Source: Eubacteriales bacterium (lineage in GTDB: Bacteria; Bacillota; Clostridia; Oscillospirales; CAG-272). Taken from it: a stretch of 64,000 nt of DNA. Position numbers and translations under genes: made by a program. The notes under the pieces are model-generated. The model saw only the letters and a program-made list of their open reading frames with translations. It had not been told where the DNA came from and made no database searches. Every line of letters starts with the position of its first letter. Position 1 is the first letter of the stretch. Location: assembly GCA_045656885.1 (NCBI GenBank), contig JAZORZ010000046.1, positions 25-64,024 on the forward strand. The letters are read 5' to 3'. Below are positions 41,356 to 51,718 of the stretch, in pieces.

Positions 41356-42435
41356 ATGGAAATTAACTTAAAAGAAAAATTACGCTCATTGAGACAGCAG
41401 AAAAGCATTACCCAAGAAGCTCTTGCCAACCATCTTGGAATTACACCGCAATCCGTTGGAAAGTGGGAGCGCGGCGAAGGTTTTCCGGATATTACTTTGT
41501 TACCTAAAATCGCGTTTTATTTTGATGTAACCGTTGATGAATTACTTTGTGTAGATAAAGTAAGAATGGAAGAAGCAATATGCGAATATCAGCGACAAAG
41601 TAAAATTTGTTGTCAGAATGGTGAAAATCAAAAGAACCTTGAAATTTGGGAAAAGGCATATTCCGAATTCCCGACGGATTGCCGCGTTATCGAAGGACTT
41701 ATGTATGCTATCAAACGAAAGTCAGAATATCCTTGTCCAAAGGATGAAGCCGAACGCATTATTGCTCTTGGCGAAACGCTTTTGGAAAAGTCAACCGATG
41801 CAATGCAAAGGGAACACGCTGTTCAATGTTTATGCTATACTTATCATGGCATTGATAGCGAAAAAGCTTTATATTACGCAAATATGGGCGGAGGCATCCA
41901 TGAAACAAGGGAGGGGCTAAAAGCCACGATTCTGAAAGGTGAAGAAGGCGTTGTTGCTTGCCAAAAATATATTGAAACTCTAATTCACAGTGTATCAATG
42001 TCTGCTGTAAATATGACCTCAAAAACAAATTTTTCACCTGAAGAAAAGATTGAAGCATATACTTTTGCCATTGATATACTAAAACGCTTGTTTTCTGATG
42101 ATAATGTCGGCTTTTATGCCAACGATCTTTCGCTTTATTATCGTTACATCGCACTTCAATATACCCAATTAAACGATAAAGAAAATGTCTTAAAAAACCT
42201 TAAAGAAAGTTGTCGCTATGCAGTTATTGAAGCAAATCTGAATGATATGGATTACACTGCGCCAATGGTAAACCGCTTGAAACACAAAAAACAAAACATT
42301 TCAAAAAATTACAAAGGAAATGCTTGCAATTTGAGAATTGAAGGTTTGAAAGATAAAAGGTTTGATTTTGTGCGAGAGGAAGATGCATTCAAACAAATCA
42401 TCGCAGATCTCGAAAAACACGCTGAAAAAGAATAA
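41356..42435 (+). CDS. XRE-family HTH regulator with a long helical-repeat (TPR-like) C-terminal domain, paralog 1
   Basis: 359 aa. LRQQKSITQEALANHLGITPQSVGKWERGEGFPDITLLPKIAFYFDVTVDELL. The gene looks AT-rich by eye. AAAGGTGG lies upstream of the ATG at 41356. Confidence 0.85.
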   Translation: MEINLKEKLRSLRQQKSITQEALANHLGITPQSVGKWERGEGFPDITLLPKIAFYFDVTVDELLCVDKVRMEEAICEYQRQSKICCQNGENQKNLEIWEKAYSEFPTDCRVIEGLMYAIKRKSEYPCPKDEAERIIALGETLLEKSTDAMQREHAVQCLCYTYHGIDSEKALYYANMGGGIHETREGLKATILKGEEGVVACQKYIETLIHSVSMSAVNMTSKTNFSPEEKIEAYTFAIDILKRLFSDDNVGFYANDLSLYYRYIALQYTQLNDKENVLKNLKESCRYAVIEANLNDMDYTAPMVNRLKHKKQNISKNYKGNACNLRIEGLKDKRFDFVREEDAFKQIIADLEKHAEKE

Positions 42436-42442
42436 TAAGAAG

Positions 42443-42480
42443 CCCCCGACAAGTGTTACCACTTGTCGGGGGTATATACT
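42443..42480 (+). terminator. Terminator after the XRE gene
   Basis: CCCCCGACAAGTG-ttac-CACTTGTCGGGGG. Confidence 0.6.
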
Positions 42481-42495
42481 TTTGAACAAGAAAAA

Positions 42496-42530
42496 AGCGC
42501 CTACGAAATCTCGTAAGCGCTTATTTTTAT
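42496..42530. terminator. Terminator of ppa (bidirectional hairpin)
   Basis: A-run, then GCGCCTACGA-aatc-TCGTAAGCGC, then a T-run. Confidence 0.6.
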
Positions 42531-42533
42531 CTG

Positions 42534-43067
42534 TTATTCTTTTTCAAATGTTTCCTTATAACATTCAATTGCCTCGGCAATGATCTGTTCTGCCTTCTCT
42601 TTCCCAAAGAGCGACTTGACTGCGGTCTCCTTGTTCTCCAGCTGCTTGTAAACGCTAAAGAAGTGCATAATTTCGTCAAAAATATGCGGGGGGAGATGGT
42701 CGATGGAGTCAATCCCGAGATAGGTCGGGTCGGAGATAGGAACGGCGATGATCTTGTCATCCATTTTTCCACCGTCCAACATACGCATCACACCAATGGG
42801 ATAAACCTGCATCAAGGTCATAGGGTAAATGGACTCGGCACAAAGTACCAAAACGTCCAACGGGTCGCCGTCATCGGCGTATGTGCGCGGAATAAAGCCG
42901 TAGTTGGCAGGGTAGTGCGTAGAGGTGTAAAGCACGCGGTCAAGCTTTAAGAGACCCGTGTACTTGTCGAGCTCATACTTGCACTTGCTCCCCTTGGGAA
43001 TTTCAATAACGGCAGTAAAATCATTGGGCTTGATATATGCGGGGTTGATATCGTGCCAAATGTTCAT
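42534..43067 (-). CDS. ppa: Inorganic pyrophosphatase (family I)
   Basis: ...FTAVIEIPKGSKCKYELDK..LKLDRVLYTSTHYPANYGFIPRTYADDGDPLDVLVL... Confidence 0.95.
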   Translation of the reverse strand: MNIWHDINPAYIKPNDFTAVIEIPKGSKCKYELDKYTGLLKLDRVLYTSTHYPANYGFIPRTYADDGDPLDVLVLCAESIYPMTLMQVYPIGVMRMLDGGKMDDKIIAVPISDPTYLGIDSIDHLPPHIFDEIMHFFSVYKQLENKETAVKSLFGKEKAEQIIAEAIECYKETFEKE

Positions 43068-43083
43068 AGGTTTCTCCTTAAAA

Positions 43084-44367
<1,284 letters not shown>

Positions 44368-44397
44368 TTAACCTCCTTGCAGGGGTGTTGGACGCGC

Positions 44398-45732
44398 TTA
44401 TTTATCCGCCTCGTCGCCCTTCATGCGAATGATCAGCTTGATGGGCGTGCCCATAAAGCCAAAGGTCTCGCGCAGGCAGTTCTCGATATAGCGCTGATAA
44501 GAGAAGTGGAAGAGCTCCACGTTATTGCAAAAGATGACGAACGTGGGGGGAGCAGTCGCGATCTGCGTCATATAGTAGATCTTGAGACGGCGACCCTTGT
44601 CGGACGGGGGCTGAACGCGGATCATTGCATCGCCGAGAACGTCATTGAGCATACCCGTGGTAACGCGCATTACCGACTGACCGTAAACGTAAACAATGCG
44701 CTCAAACAGATTGGTCACTCTCTGACCGGTCTTTGCCGAAATGTAAAGGATGGGCGCGTAGGGCATATATGCCAGCTCGGTGCGAATGCGGTTGTTAAAT
44801 TCGTTTACCGTGCTGTTGTCCTTTTCAATCAAATCCCACTTGTTGACCACAATAATAACTGCTTTGCCTGCCTCGTGTGCAATACCGGCAATCTTGGTAT
44901 CCTGATCGGTAATGCCGGTTGAAGCATCGATCATCAAAAGGCATACCTGTGCGCGTTCTACCGCCATGTGGGCGCGCAAAACACTGAAGTGCTCGATCTT
45001 ATCGTCAATTTTCGATTGGCGGCGAATACCCGCGGTATCAATAAAGGTGAATTTGCCGTATTCGTTTTCGAGTTGTGTATCAACCGCATCGCGCGTTGTG
45101 CCCGCAATGTTGGAAACGATAAGACGCTCCTCACCGATGAGACGGTTGATAATAGAGGATTTGCCCGCATTCGGCTTACCGATAACGGCAACCTTAATGC
45201 TGTCGTCCTCTTCCATGGTGTCCTGCCAATCGTCAAGATAGCGCAGGCAGGCATCGAGAAGATCACCCGAGCCACTGCCGTGAATAGAGGAAACACCAAT
45301 GGGTTCTTCCTCAAAGCCAAGCTCGTAGAACTCGTAAAACTCCATCGGGAGCGCACCAATGCTATCGCACTTGTTGATGCAGGGAACAATGGGCTTGCCA
45401 CTCTTCTTCAGCATAACGGCAATGTCGCGGTCGTTGGCGGTGAGCCCCGTGCGCACGTCACACATAAAGATGATAACGTCGGCGGTGTCAATAGCCATTT
45501 GCGCCTGCTGACGCATTTGCTTGAGGATAAGGTTGTCGGTCTTGGGCTCAATTCCGCCCGTGTCAATGAGGATCATACGCTTGCCGCGCCACTCGGTCTC
45601 GCCGTAAATGCGGTCGCGCGTAACACCGGGAGTGTCCTCTACAATCGAGCGACGCTCACCGATGAGCTTGTTAAACAAAGTGCTTTTGCCAACGTTGGGA
45701 CGTCCGACAATCGCAATAATCGGTTTTGCCAT
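44398..45732 (-). CDS. der: Ribosome-biogenesis GTPase Der (EngA)
   Basis: Two G domains (GRPNVGKSTLFN and GKPNAGKSSIIN) plus a KH-like C-terminus. Confidence 0.96.
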   Translation of the reverse strand: MAKPIIAIVGRPNVGKSTLFNKLIGERRSIVEDTPGVTRDRIYGETEWRGKRMILIDTGGIEPKTDNLILKQMRQQAQMAIDTADVIIFMCDVRTGLTANDRDIAVMLKKSGKPIVPCINKCDSIGALPMEFYEFYELGFEEEPIGVSSIHGSGSGDLLDACLRYLDDWQDTMEEDDSIKVAVIGKPNAGKSSIINRLIGEERLIVSNIAGTTRDAVDTQLENEYGKFTFIDTAGIRRQSKIDDKIEHFSVLRAHMAVERAQVCLLMIDASTGITDQDTKIAGIAHEAGKAVIIVVNKWDLIEKDNSTVNEFNNRIRTELAYMPYAPILYISAKTGQRVTNLFERIVYVYGQSVMRVTTGMLNDVLGDAMIRVQPPSDKGRRLKIYYMTQIATAPPTFVIFCNNVELFHFSYQRYIENCLRETFGFMGTPIKLIIRMKGDEADK

Positions 45733-45783
45733 AAAATCTATGTCCTTTCCACTAAAAAACAGTTTGTCCGCTTTTTCTTCCCG

Positions 45784-47109
45784 TCATTCGCCAATGCCGA
45801 GCACAGCAGAGATGAATTTTGCTCCGTCACTTTCCACGGCGCGAACGGGCACGCCAAGCTTTTCTCCAAGCTCGTCGGGCGTCATATCGTCAAGAAATAC
45901 GTCGCCATCTGCACGAAGCATAACAGAGGGGAAGAGAAGCTCATCGCCAAGATGCTTGCCTTTGAGTTGCTCCACTACGTCACCGCCCGTGATGAGTCCC
46001 GCAACCGTGACGCTTTCACCAAAGAAATTGTTTACTATGGGGTAAACGTTCACCGTCAACCCCTCAACGCGCTCTGAAAGCGCCTTTGCAAGAGAGAAAA
46101 TATGCGCGTGCGCCGCCATGCCGGTAATGAGTGAAACGGTACGCGGTGCGCAAAAATCGGCGAGCAGCTCGTCAAGGTAGTCAAGCTCCATATCAAATTC
46201 TGCCCGCATTGATGTCAGCATACCAACGCCGTTTTCAATTTGGGAGTAGTCCTCGTAAAATTCCTCGGGGGGCAGGGGGAGTCCTGCACGAATGTAAAAC
46301 TCATCCGAGCAGTAAAAAATGCGCGTGCCGTATTCTTTGAGACACCAATTTCCATAGGCGTTGACCTGCTTAATAACCGCCGCACACTCCTCGGGGGAGA
46401 ATGCTTCAAGAGGATACAATTTTTCGCGGTATTTGGTCAGTCCTACGGGAACGATCGCACAAGAACGGAGCGAGGGATGATATTTGATCAGATCATGCAA
46501 CGTGCGGTCAAGCTCGGCACCGTCATTCAGCCCCTTGCAAAGCACGATCTGCGTGCAAAGTGCAATGCCTGCATCCGCCATGCGGTCAAGGTAGGAGAGC
46601 ACCTCTCCTGCGTGCTTGTTTTTCATCATTTTTACACGCAATTCGGGGTTGGTGGTGTGAACAGACACGTTGACGGGAGAAATATGCATCTTAATGATGC
46701 GGTCAATGTCCTCATCTTTAAGGTTCGTCAGGGTAACGTAGTTGCCGTGTAAGAAGGAAAGACGGTCGTCGTCGTCCTTAAAATAGAGAGACTCGCGCAT
46801 ACCGGGGGGCAGTTGGTCAATAAAGCAGAACACGCAACGGTTTGTGCAGGAGTGCTTTTTATCCATCAAGGGCGTCTCAAAGGAGAGCCCGATGTCATCG
46901 TACTCACCCTTGTTGATGTGTACGGTATAGGGCTTACCGCCGCGCGATAGCGTAACGGATACGTTTGTATCGGTGAGATAAAAACGGTAGTCGAGCACGT
47001 CTCGTATTTCATTTTGATTGATCGAGATCAGCATGTCACCGCCGTGAATTCCGGCTTTCTCTGCAATGCTGTGCGGCAAAACCGCCAACACCTTTACCAT
47101 TTTTATCAC
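45784..47109 (-). CDS. PDZ plus radical-SAM-like DUF512 family protein
   Basis: CTNRCVFC (CX3CX2C) and an N-terminal PDZ-like segment ..SIAEKAGIHGGDMLISING... It sits upstream of der, an arrangement I recall as common in Clostridia. Confidence 0.75.
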   Translation of the reverse strand: MIKMVKVLAVLPHSIAEKAGIHGGDMLISINQNEIRDVLDYRFYLTDTNVSVTLSRGGKPYTVHINKGEYDDIGLSFETPLMDKKHSCTNRCVFCFIDQLPPGMRESLYFKDDDDRLSFLHGNYVTLTNLKDEDIDRIIKMHISPVNVSVHTTNPELRVKMMKNKHAGEVLSYLDRMADAGIALCTQIVLCKGLNDGAELDRTLHDLIKYHPSLRSCAIVPVGLTKYREKLYPLEAFSPEECAAVIKQVNAYGNWCLKEYGTRIFYCSDEFYIRAGLPLPPEEFYEDYSQIENGVGMLTSMRAEFDMELDYLDELLADFCAPRTVSLITGMAAHAHIFSLAKALSERVEGLTVNVYPIVNNFFGESVTVAGLITGGDVVEQLKGKHLGDELLFPSVMLRADGDVFLDDMTPDELGEKLGVPVRAVESDGAKFISAVLGIGE

Positions 47110-47227
47110 TCCTTTCGCATAAATCTCATTATCGCATAGTTTAACATCTTATTATATCATAAAAGAAATGAAAAGTCAATATTTTATAAAAGCTTTTTCA
47201 AAAAATGAAAGCACACATAAAAAGAGG

Positions 47228-47252
47228 GAGCGGCCATTGGTCATCCGCTCCC
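47228..47252 (-). terminator. Terminator after the prfB / 92-aa ORF unit
   Basis: Minus strand reads GGGAGCGG-atgaccaatgg-CCGCTCCC followed by TCTTTTTA. Confidence 0.55.
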
Positions 47253-47261
47253 ACATTCTCT

Positions 47262-47540
47262 TTATTTTTCTTCCTTAGAAGTCACAAGCTCGGTCAGCTT
47301 GTCATCTGCCTTTTGCAGCGCTTCGGCGCGCTCGGGATGCTTGGTTTCGTCAAGCTGGTTTGCAATGTGAGCAAGAAAAGCACCGCTCGCTGCAGCAGCA
47401 AAGGTGAACAAAAGCTCACCTACACGGGGCTCTGCAATTTGTCTGCAATCTGTGCGACGCTTATAGTCGACGAGAGCCATAGCGGAAGCGGCAACTGCGG
47501 TTGCGCCTGCGAGAGAAAAAATGATCTTGTTGATATTCAT
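47262..47540 (-). CDS. Small hypothetical protein (92 aa) with an Ala-rich hydrophobic N-terminal half
   Basis: AGGAGAAGG lies upstream. No recognisable family. Confidence 0.5.
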   Translation of the reverse strand: MNINKIIFSLAGATAVAASAMALVDYKRRTDCRQIAEPRVGELLFTFAAAASGAFLAHIANQLDETKHPERAEALQKADDKLTELVTSKEEK

Positions 47541-47555
47541 AATCCTTCTCCTTTT

Positions 47556-48665
47556 TTATTTTCCTGCGGTGTGCTTGAGATATGCGTTGATAAATCCGTC
47601 AAGGTCACCGTCCATAACGGCTTGAATGTTACCGGTCTCAAAACCTGTGCGCTTGTCGGTAACAAGCGTGTAGGGCATAAATACGTAGGAACGAATCTGC
47701 GCACCCCACTCGATGTTTGTTTTAATACCTTGAATATCCACAATGGTGTCAAGACGCTCTTGAATTTTGATCTCCATCAGCTTGGATTTCAGCATACGCA
47801 TTGCGGTTTCCTTGTTTTGCAGCTGCGAACGCTCGGTTTGGCAGCCAACAACAATGCCGGTGGGCTTGTGAACGATGCGGATAGCCGAGTCGGTCTTGTT
47901 GATGTGCTGACCACCTGCACCACTGGAGCGGTGAGCGGTTACTTCAATGTCTTCTTCGCGAATGACAACGGCATCAAGGTTTTCAAACTCGGGCATGACC
48001 TCGATAGATGCAAAAGACGTTTGGCGGCGTCCGTTTGCGTCAAAAGGAGAAACGCGCACCAAGCGGTGAACGCCGTTCTCGCTCTTGAGGTAGCCGTAAG
48101 CATTCAGGCCCGAGATCATTACAGTTGCGCTCTTAATGCCCGCACCGTCGCCGTCGAGCCAGTCGGTGAGCTTAACGTTAAATCCGCGCTTTTCTGCCCA
48201 ACGGGTGATCATGCGGTAGAGCATTTGTGCCCAGTCCTGCGCCTCGGTGCCACCTGCACCGGGGTGGAAGGATACAATGGCATTGCTCTTGTCGTACTCG
48301 CCCGAAAGGAGCACCTCAATGCGGCGGCTTTCTTCCTCGGCAACAATGGCATCGAGCTCGCTTTGCACTTCTTCAACGTAGCCCTCGTCGTTTTCTTCAA
48401 TTGCCATCTCTGCCAAAGCGATGGCGTCTTCAAGACGCGCACAAAGCTTTTCATAGCCGGCAACCTTATCCTGACCTTGCTTAATGGTCTGCAGTACCTT
48501 GCTCGATTTTTCGGCACTGTTCCAAAAATCGGGAGCTTGTGTTTGCGCCTCAAGGTCAAAAAGCAATTCTTTGGTTTCTTCAATTCGCAAAGCGGAGCCA
48601 AGCTCCGCAATGCTTTCTCTCATACCAAGCAATTTATACTTGGCATCTTCCAATGCAACGATCAA
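47556..48665 (-). CDS. prfB: Peptide chain release factor 2 (uninterrupted, no programmed frameshift)
   Basis: SPF motif (VSPFDA) and GGQ motif (SGAGGQHINK). The N-terminal region is continuous in one frame. Confidence 0.95.
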   Translation of the reverse strand: MIVALEDAKYKLLGMRESIAELGSALRIEETKELLFDLEAQTQAPDFWNSAEKSSKVLQTIKQGQDKVAGYEKLCARLEDAIALAEMAIEENDEGYVEEVQSELDAIVAEEESRRIEVLLSGEYDKSNAIVSFHPGAGGTEAQDWAQMLYRMITRWAEKRGFNVKLTDWLDGDGAGIKSATVMISGLNAYGYLKSENGVHRLVRVSPFDANGRRQTSFASIEVMPEFENLDAVVIREEDIEVTAHRSSGAGGQHINKTDSAIRIVHKPTGIVVGCQTERSQLQNKETAMRMLKSKLMEIKIQERLDTIVDIQGIKTNIEWGAQIRSYVFMPYTLVTDKRTGFETGNIQAVMDGDLDGFINAYLKHTAGK

Positions 48666-48778
48666 TTTTTACCTCCATGCCACACGGGCAGTCTGTTACA
48701 AAATTTCTATATCTGTACTATTATATCACAAAAGTAGGGAAGGTTTCAAGAGGTTTTTGAAAAAAGCGGGTAATTTTA

Positions 48779-50041
48779 TCAATCTTTCCTCTCCACACCC
48801 AGCGTCGCAAGTCCGCCCTCGGAGGTTTCCTTGTAAAGATCGGACATGTCGCGGCCTGTTTCCATCATCGCACGAACGACCTTGTCAAACGAGATCATTC
48901 GCGTATCAGATAGGAAGTCTGAAAGCGTTACCGCGTTGATGGCGCGCATCGCGGCGACTGCGTTTCTTTCAATACAGGGGATCTGCACAAGACCGCAAAT
49001 GGGGTCGCAGGTCAGTCCCAAGTGGTGCTCGATCGCAATTTCAGCAGCATATTCGATCTTATCGAGCGAGAGCTGGAACAACTCGCCAAGCGCCGCCGCA
49101 GCCATGGCGCACGCCGTACCGATCTCGGCTTGGCATCCGCACTCCGCACCCGAAATAGATGCGTTCGTCTTAATTAGGTTGCCGATGATGCCGCCTGCGG
49201 CAAGCGCGCGAACGACCTCCCAATCGGCAAATCCGTTTTTGTGTTGCTCGTAGTAAAGGACAGCAGGGAGTACACCCGAGGCACCGCAAGTCGGAGCGGT
49301 AACGATCTTTTCACCTGCCGCATTCTGCTCGCTGACAGCGAAGGCGTAGGAGCAAACCAAGCGATCCTCGCGCGTTTCGGTGCTCTCACCAATCGAGCGA
49401 CGGTAGTAAAGAAACTTCGCTTTTTTCTGTACGTGAAGTCCGCCGGGGAGCTCGCCTTCGTCCTCAAGACCGCGACGGATCGACGCCTTCATCGCCTCCC
49501 ACATATCGGTCATATAGAGCCAGAACTCGGGCCCCTCGTTCTCCTCGGCAAACTGCCACAGGCGAATGTTCTTCTCCTCGCAATATTCGCGGATATCTTT
49601 CCATGTTTTGAGTGTGTAATGGATCTTCGGCGCTTCTGCTGCCTCACCGTCCACCTGAATGCGGCCGCCACCCACGCTGAGAATACGCAAGCGACCAAAT
49701 TCGTGCCCCTTGGAAAGAGCCGCCACATCCATGGTGTTGGGGTGGGGAATGTCCTCGCTTTCGGGATCAAAAATAATCTCACAGGTGAGGGGAGCAAAGG
49801 TTTTTTGAATGATGGTATCGGTGCCGTGCCCCTTACCGGTTTTGGCAAGAGAGCCGTAAAGCGTTACGCAAAATGCATCAGCCGCGGGAAACTTTTTAAG
49901 GGCTAACAAGCACGCGCGCTCGGGGCCGATGGTATGCGAACTCGAAGGGCCGGGGCCGATTTTATAAAGCTCGGTCAAGGACTCCATACCGGGCAGACGC
50001 GAGCCGTGATGCTGTGTATTGTTTTTGAAGATCTGTTTCAT
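48779..50041 (-). CDS. sdaA: L-serine ammonia-lyase (iron-sulfur type, single-chain beta+alpha)
   Basis: KIGPGPSSSHTIGP near the N-terminus, and an alpha-domain segment ..APTCGASGVLPAVL... Confidence 0.85.
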   Translation of the reverse strand: MKQIFKNNTQHHGSRLPGMESLTELYKIGPGPSSSHTIGPERACLLALKKFPAADAFCVTLYGSLAKTGKGHGTDTIIQKTFAPLTCEIIFDPESEDIPHPNTMDVAALSKGHEFGRLRILSVGGGRIQVDGEAAEAPKIHYTLKTWKDIREYCEEKNIRLWQFAEENEGPEFWLYMTDMWEAMKASIRRGLEDEGELPGGLHVQKKAKFLYYRRSIGESTETREDRLVCSYAFAVSEQNAAGEKIVTAPTCGASGVLPAVLYYEQHKNGFADWEVVRALAAGGIIGNLIKTNASISGAECGCQAEIGTACAMAAAALGELFQLSLDKIEYAAEIAIEHHLGLTCDPICGLVQIPCIERNAVAAMRAINAVTLSDFLSDTRMISFDKVVRAMMETGRDMSDLYKETSEGGLATLGVERKD

Positions 50042-50062
50042 AAAAAAACTCCTAACAGGTTG

Positions 50063-50554
50063 TCATTTATGATATTTTGTGCCCTTGAGAATGCCAAAGC
50101 AACGGTAGAGCATTTCAAAAAGCACGACGCGCATCATTTGATGCGGAAAGGTCAATTTGGAAACCGATAAGCGTAAGTCACACGCCCCTTTGACCTCGTC
50201 GGCAAGGCCAAAGGAAGAGCCGATAATGAGGCAAAGAGAGCCCGTGTTGGCAAGCACGCCGTCAAGCTTTGCTGCAAGCTCCTCCGAGGAGAATTGCTTG
50301 CCCTCCACGCACATCGCAATTTTGTAGGAGCGAGGGGGAATAGCTGCCAAGATTCGCTTGCCCTCGTCGGCAAGGGCGGCTTTTATTTCGCCGTCGCTTG
50401 GGCTTTCGGCTAGCTTTGCTTCCTTAAGCTGAATAATCTCGGGCTTGCAGAACGCGCAAAGGCGTTTTTCGTATTCGGCAATGGCATCGCGCCAATATGC
50501 CTCTTTTAGATTACCAACGGTAATTACGGTAACTTGAACCATAACTGTCTCCAA
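50063..50554 (-). CDS. rlmH: 23S rRNA (pseudouridine1915-N3)-methyltransferase RlmH
   Basis: SPOUT family. ...LIIGSSFGLADEV....LSVSKLTFPHQMMRVVLFEMLYR. The start may instead be at 50542. Confidence 0.9.
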   Translation of the reverse strand: METVMVQVTVITVGNLKEAYWRDAIAEYEKRLCAFCKPEIIQLKEAKLAESPSDGEIKAALADEGKRILAAIPPRSYKIAMCVEGKQFSSEELAAKLDGVLANTGSLCLIIGSSFGLADEVKGACDLRLSVSKLTFPHQMMRVVLFEMLYRCFGILKGTKYHK

Positions 50555-51337
50555 TCAAAGCATTTCAACGGGAATTTCGGGATGTGCGACAAACACCTCT
50601 ACGTCGGCATCTCCCACGGCGCTTACGCACTCGTCATAAGCAATGTCGGGGAGGTTATTCTCCTGACTTAAGTGTGCCAGCATCAGCTTTTTTGTGCCGC
50701 TTGCACACAAACGTGCGGCAAGTGCGGCAGACTCGGGATTGGAAAGATGCCCGCGCCGCGAGGCAATGCGCTTCTTAAGGTCATAAGGATAAGGCCCCGT
50801 CATCAGCATATCGTAATCGTGGTTGCTCTCAAGAATCACGGCATCGCAGCCCGTCAGCGCCTCTTCAATTTCGGGGGAGACGTAGCCAATATCGGTGGCA
50901 TATCCGATGCGATAGGTGCTGCCGTTCTCGCAGGGGATCTCAATTCGATATCCCACCGAGGCGCGACTGTCGTGCGGAGTGGGGAAGGACGTCACGCGCA
51001 TGCCGCAAATGCATTCCTCATAAATCGGGGGATGCATATTGAGCAGCGGCTCGACCGATGGATGCGGCAACAGCTTGTAGGCCGAGCCGTTTGCGATATG
51101 TACGGGAAGGGGGTGCTTTTTGAGAAATACGGGCAGGGCACTGATGTGGTCGGTGTGCTCGTGCGTCACAAGGATCGCGCCAATGCTGTCGGCATCAACT
51201 CCAACCTCTGCGAGCGCGGCAGAGAGGCGCTTTGCGTTCTTACCCGCATCAATAAGAAGTGTTCCGCAGGGGGCAGATATGACAAAGCAGTTGCCTGTTG
51301 AGCCCGAATAAAGGGAAATGATGCGAACGGAACTCAT
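50555..51337 (-). CDS. MBL-fold metallo-hydrolase (YycJ/WalJ-like)
   Basis: THEHTDH motif. The ATG at 51337 overlaps the upstream stop (ATGA). Confidence 0.85.
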   Translation of the reverse strand: MSSVRIISLYSGSTGNCFVISAPCGTLLIDAGKNAKRLSAALAEVGVDADSIGAILVTHEHTDHISALPVFLKKHPLPVHIANGSAYKLLPHPSVEPLLNMHPPIYEECICGMRVTSFPTPHDSRASVGYRIEIPCENGSTYRIGYATDIGYVSPEIEEALTGCDAVILESNHDYDMLMTGPYPYDLKKRIASRRGHLSNPESAALAARLCASGTKKLMLAHLSQENNLPDIAYDECVSAVGDADVEVFVAHPEIPVEML

Positions 51338-51708
51338 TGGAACATTCCCTCCAGCATCGGCAAAAGGAAGAGATACATCATATCCAGACAAAACGCTAAA
51401 ATGATAGGGAAGATGACGGTGATCATCCAACGCGAGCGGTGCAGGCGAGCGGCACAGTCATTAATAAACTTTTGCTTTTCTTCAAGCGTCATCGAGTCAC
51501 TCATTTGGTCGGGTGTGAGATTTTTGCCCACAAAGCCGCGGTTGTAAATTACAAAAATCAGCGTCATTACCGCACCGACTGCAAGGTAGACGATGTAAAT
51601 GGGGAAGTATGCCGCCAGCACAAAATAGGCGACAGAAAAAAGAATCGAATTGCCCAAAAGGAGCAGGGCAAGCCATTTGTTTTCGGGTTTCATAAAAATC
51701 CTTTTCAA
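51334..51708 (-). CDS. Hypothetical integral membrane protein (124 aa)
   Basis: Three to four TM segments, translationally coupled to the MBL hydrolase gene. Confidence 0.6.
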   Translation of the reverse strand: MKRIFMKPENKWLALLLLGNSILFSVAYFVLAAYFPIYIVYLAVGAVMTLIFVIYNRGFVGKNLTPDQMSDSMTLEEKQKFINDCAARLHRSRWMITVIFPIILAFCLDMMYLFLLPMLEGMFQ

Positions 51709-51718
51709 ATAAAAATCA

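Noticed and set aside
42436-42533. An AimP/Phr-like signalling peptide gene downstream of the XRE/helical-repeat regulator.
   Set aside because: The 98-bp spacer contains only two terminator hairpins. No ORF with a start codon, RBS and signal-like sequence is present.
34050-42533. Attachment-site direct repeats, or an integrase or tRNA target, that would delimit the phage-like module.
   Set aside because: I found no matching direct repeats between the left junction (34050-34110) and the right junctions (41065-41355, 42436-42533). There is no tRNA and no recombinase ORF on either strand. This absence is noted in the main finding and is not treated as evidence on its own.
47556-48665. A programmed +1 frameshift in prfB.
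   Set aside because: The whole RF2 reads in one frame from MIVALEDAKYK. The region where the CTT-TGA-C site normally lies reads AAA GAA TTG CTT TTT GAC CTT GAG (KELLFDLE), with no in-frame stop.
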